DNA of 63,985 bases, filler included, from Octopus bimaculoides (Eukaryota): NCBI RefSeq assembly GCF_001194135.2. It is 6 parts of 6 records of this genome, joined end to end, with 100 filler letters (N's around TTAATTAATTAA, not from the genome) between each part and the next. Parts side by side here need not be neighbours in the genome. Positions count along the whole stretch, not along the records: positions 58,582 to 61,170 come from NC_068999.1; positions 61,271 to 63,985 come from NW_026358754.1; 4 more parts are not named here. One strand, 5' to 3'. Numbering within the stretch: the stretch's first letter is position 1; the number at the start of each line of letters is the position of its first letter. Shown piece after piece: positions 60,886 to 63,985 of the stretch. The notes beneath the pieces were generated by a model that saw nothing but the letters and a program-made list of their open reading frames with translations, searched no databases and had not been told where the DNA came from. A program made the translations under genes and the position numbers.

Positions 60886-61731
60886 TATATTCATAGATTG
60901 ATAGATGCATAGACTTGTGTAGATACAGTGATGAGAAAAAGAGAATCACAAGTGCAGGGAACCAAATGCAAAGAGGAGGAGGCGGAAGGGGGTAGAAGAA
61001 AACGTGGAGGAGTTAGAGGAGAGGCAGTGGAGGTGGTGATGGTGACAGAGGCTAAGACATACATGCAAAAGAAGAGGTTGACGAAAAGGAAGAAGAGAAA
61101 CAACGTACAAAATAGAATATCAAGATTCTGTTGCAAGGTAGAACAAAAATACCTCCCAAAGAAACTTTCTNNNNNNNNNNNNNNNNNNNNNNNNNNNNNN
61201 NNNNNNNNNNNNNNTTAATTAATTAANNNNNNNNNNNNNNNNNNNNNNNNNNNNNNNNNNNNNNNNNNNNTATATAATAGAAGTAAGGACCCAAATCTTT
61301 CAAAGGGATGTTAAACACCCAAGTTCGCCGGTTCAGTCCGAAGTAAAGAATATATATAAATCTAGAAATTCAATATTGGTACAATAATAAAGTATAATAA
61401 TATAATGTATGTATAAAAATCAAAACAAAATATGGAACAAGAACGTAGCAGACGACAACAAAACATTCGGACAGTTAGACGATACAAAAAAGGACAGGAA
61501 AAAACAAGGACGGGATATTCGGAGCTGTCAATCTTCAGTCGAGAAGCAGATCATCATTGCAGTTTCGGACGCTTAATCTCGAGACTGCTTTAATCTAAGC
61601 TAAAAGCACGAGATTCTTTCGAAGAAAGAAAGCGAATGTATACGCAAACAAAGACGAAAAGAAAAGAAGAAAAAGGAGAAATATAATATATAATATATAT
61701 ATCATACATATATTTATATACATATATAACA

Positions 61732-61771
<40 letters not shown>

Positions 61772-62703
61772 CATACATACATACATACATACATACCTAC
61801 CTACCTACCTACCTACCTAACNNNNNNNNNNNNNNNNNNNNNNNNNNNNNNNNNNNNNNNNNNNNNNNNNNNNNNNNNNNNNNNNNNNNNNNNNNNNNNN
61901 NNNNNNNNNNNNNNNNNNNNNNNNNNNNNNNNNNNNNNNNNNNNNNNNNNNNNNNNNNNNNNNNNNNNNNNNNNNNNNNNNNNNNNNNNNNNNNNNNNNN
62001 NNNNNNNNNNNNNNNNNNNNNNNNNNNNNNNNNNNNNNNNNNNNNNNNNNNNNNNNNNNNNNNNNNNNNNNNNNNNNNNNNNNNNNNNNNNNNNNNNNNN
62101 NNNNNNNNNNNNNNNNNNNNNNNNNNNNNNNNNNNNNNNNNNNNNNNNNNNNNNNNNNNNNNNNNNNNNNNNNNNNNNNNNNNNNNNNNNNNNNNNNNNN
62201 NNNNNNNNNNNNNNNNNNNNNNNNNNNNNNNNNNNNNNNNNNNNNNNNNNNNNNNNNNNNNNNNNNNNNNNNNNNNNNNNNNNNNNNNNNNNNNNNNNNN
62301 NNNNNNNNNNNNNNNNNNNNNNNNNNNNNNNNNNNNNNNNNNNNNNNNNNNNNNNNNNNNNNNNNNNNNNNNNNNNNNNNNNNNNNNNNNNNNNNNNNNN
62401 NNNNNNNNNNNNNNNNNNNNNNNNNNNNNNNNNNNNNNNNNNNNNNNNNNNNNNNNNNNNNNNNNNNNNNNNNNNNNNNNNNNNNNNNNNNNNNNNNNNN
62501 NNNNNNNNNNNNNNNNNNNNNNNNNNNNNNNNNNNNNNNNNNNNNNNNNNNNNNNNNNNNNNNNNNNNNNNNNNNNNNNNNNNNNNNNNNNNNNNNNNNN
62601 NNNNNNNNNNNNNNNNNNNNNNNNNNNNNNNNNNNNNNNNNNNNNNNNNNNNNNNNNNNNNNNNNNNNNNNNNNNNNNNNNNNNNNNNNNNNNNNNNNNN
62701 NNN

Positions 62704-62755
62704 AGAGCAACATTGAGAAAGGGAGAAATGAGAGAGACCGACATTGTGATAATGG

Positions 62756-62820
<65 letters not shown>

Positions 62821-62978
62821 AACAACATTGAGAGAGTTAGAGAAAGAGAGAGAGGGAGAGACAGACATTGAAAATGGAGCGAGAGATAAACATTTGGAAA
62901 GAGAAAGAAACAAAACTGTGAAAAAGAGAGAAAGAGAAAACAATATTGAGAGAGAGAAAGAGAGATAGAGAGAGAGAA

Positions 62979-63021
<43 letters not shown>

Positions 63022-63578
63022 AATAGAGAGAGAGAGTTGTGAAACCAGCATTGAGAAAAGGGAGAGAAAGAAACAGTGAGAAAGAAGAAGAGTTAGAGAG
63101 GGAGCAACACTGAGAGAGAGAGAGAGAGAGAGGTAGGGGGAATGAGACAAACATTAAGAAAGGAAGAGAAAGAGAGAGAGACTAACATTGAAAAAGGGGA
63201 GGGAGAGAGAAGAACATTGAGACGGAGGATGGGAGAGAAAGAGAAAGACCAACGTTGAGAGAGGAAGAGAGAGAGAAAGTAGCATTGAGTAAGAGAGAGA
63301 GAAAGACAGACAGAGAGAGAGAGAGAGAGAGAGAGAAAGCAACATTAAGTAAGAGAGAGAGAGAGTTCAACATTAAGAAAGAGGTAAAGAGAGAGAAAGA
63401 CAGAGAGAGAGAGACAGAGAGAGAGAAAGACAGAGAGAGAGAAAGACACAGAGATAGAAAGACACAGAGAGAGAAAAAGAGGGAGAGCGAGAAAGAGAGA
63501 GGAGTGATATCAACATTAAGAATGGGGGAAAGAGAGAGAGCAATTAACATTGATAAAGAGAGAGACGGACATTCAGTA

Positions 63579-63625
<47 letters not shown>
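62704..63625 (+). repeat. GA-rich minisatellite punctuated by AACATT/AGCATT motifs
   Basis: (GA)n tracts are separated every ~30-70 bp by (C/A)AACATT(G/A)A-like words, about 15 times. Confidence 0.9.
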
Positions 63626-63809
63626 CACATAGGTTACAGCAAATACCAAAAAGTAAAACAACCAAGTCACACCTTTGAGAAATGCATATCCGAGATACGT
63701 ATGTCGACATATGTCCTTATCTTGTCTTACTTAATACTCTTATTTTTTACTCTTTCTCTCTCATTTTCTCTTTCTTTTGTGCCACTTCTCTCTCTCTCTC
63801 TTTCTCTCA

Positions 63810-63845
<36 letters not shown>

Positions 63846-63846
63846 T

Positions 63847-63877
<31 letters not shown>

Positions 63878-63985
63878 TTGTACCTTTTTCTATCACACTT
63901 TACATCACTATTTATTTTATCACGTTTCCTCTCTTAATCTCTCTCCTGAACTCTCCTTTACCCCCCCACCATCTCTTCAACCACA

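Noticed and set aside
1-63985. tRNA genes, rRNA, CRISPR arrays, prokaryotic operons
   Set aside because: The tRNA-like A/B boxes all belong to SINE heads with no cloverleaf or CCA context. No regularly spaced repeat-spacer array or bacterial gene structure is present.

Overview
AT-rich, gap-ridden eukaryotic genomic DNA. The tRNA-derived SINE families, dense (AT)/(GT)/(GATA)/(GA) microsatellites and TE content look like an octopod cephalopod; this is an inference from repeat content, not a database result. Most of the window is transposon debris: at least 4 SINE families, RTE/CR1/Jockey-like LINE 3' fragments, two different Penelope-like elements, four mariner derivatives, a Tigger C-terminus, a hAT end and a Helitron-like 5' fragment with STPR repeats. 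One probable host gene is visible. It is a compact single-exon minus-strand ORF (26356-26682) encoding a likely secreted, atypical EGF-like peptide with furin-type sites, behind a TATA/CCAAT/kB-ETS promoter. The most unusual mobile structure is a head-to-tail train (47097-53314) of three ORF1-only L1/Tx1-like units that share an uncharacterised C-terminal domain, followed by an internally deleted ORF1+APE element. Other unexplained structures are a long-inverted-repeat element whose core occurs in both orientations, a ~165-bp AT-rich satellite with an inverted copy, and a modular MITE. The TTAATTAATTAA inserts inside N-runs are scaffolding artefacts, so distances across them are unknown.
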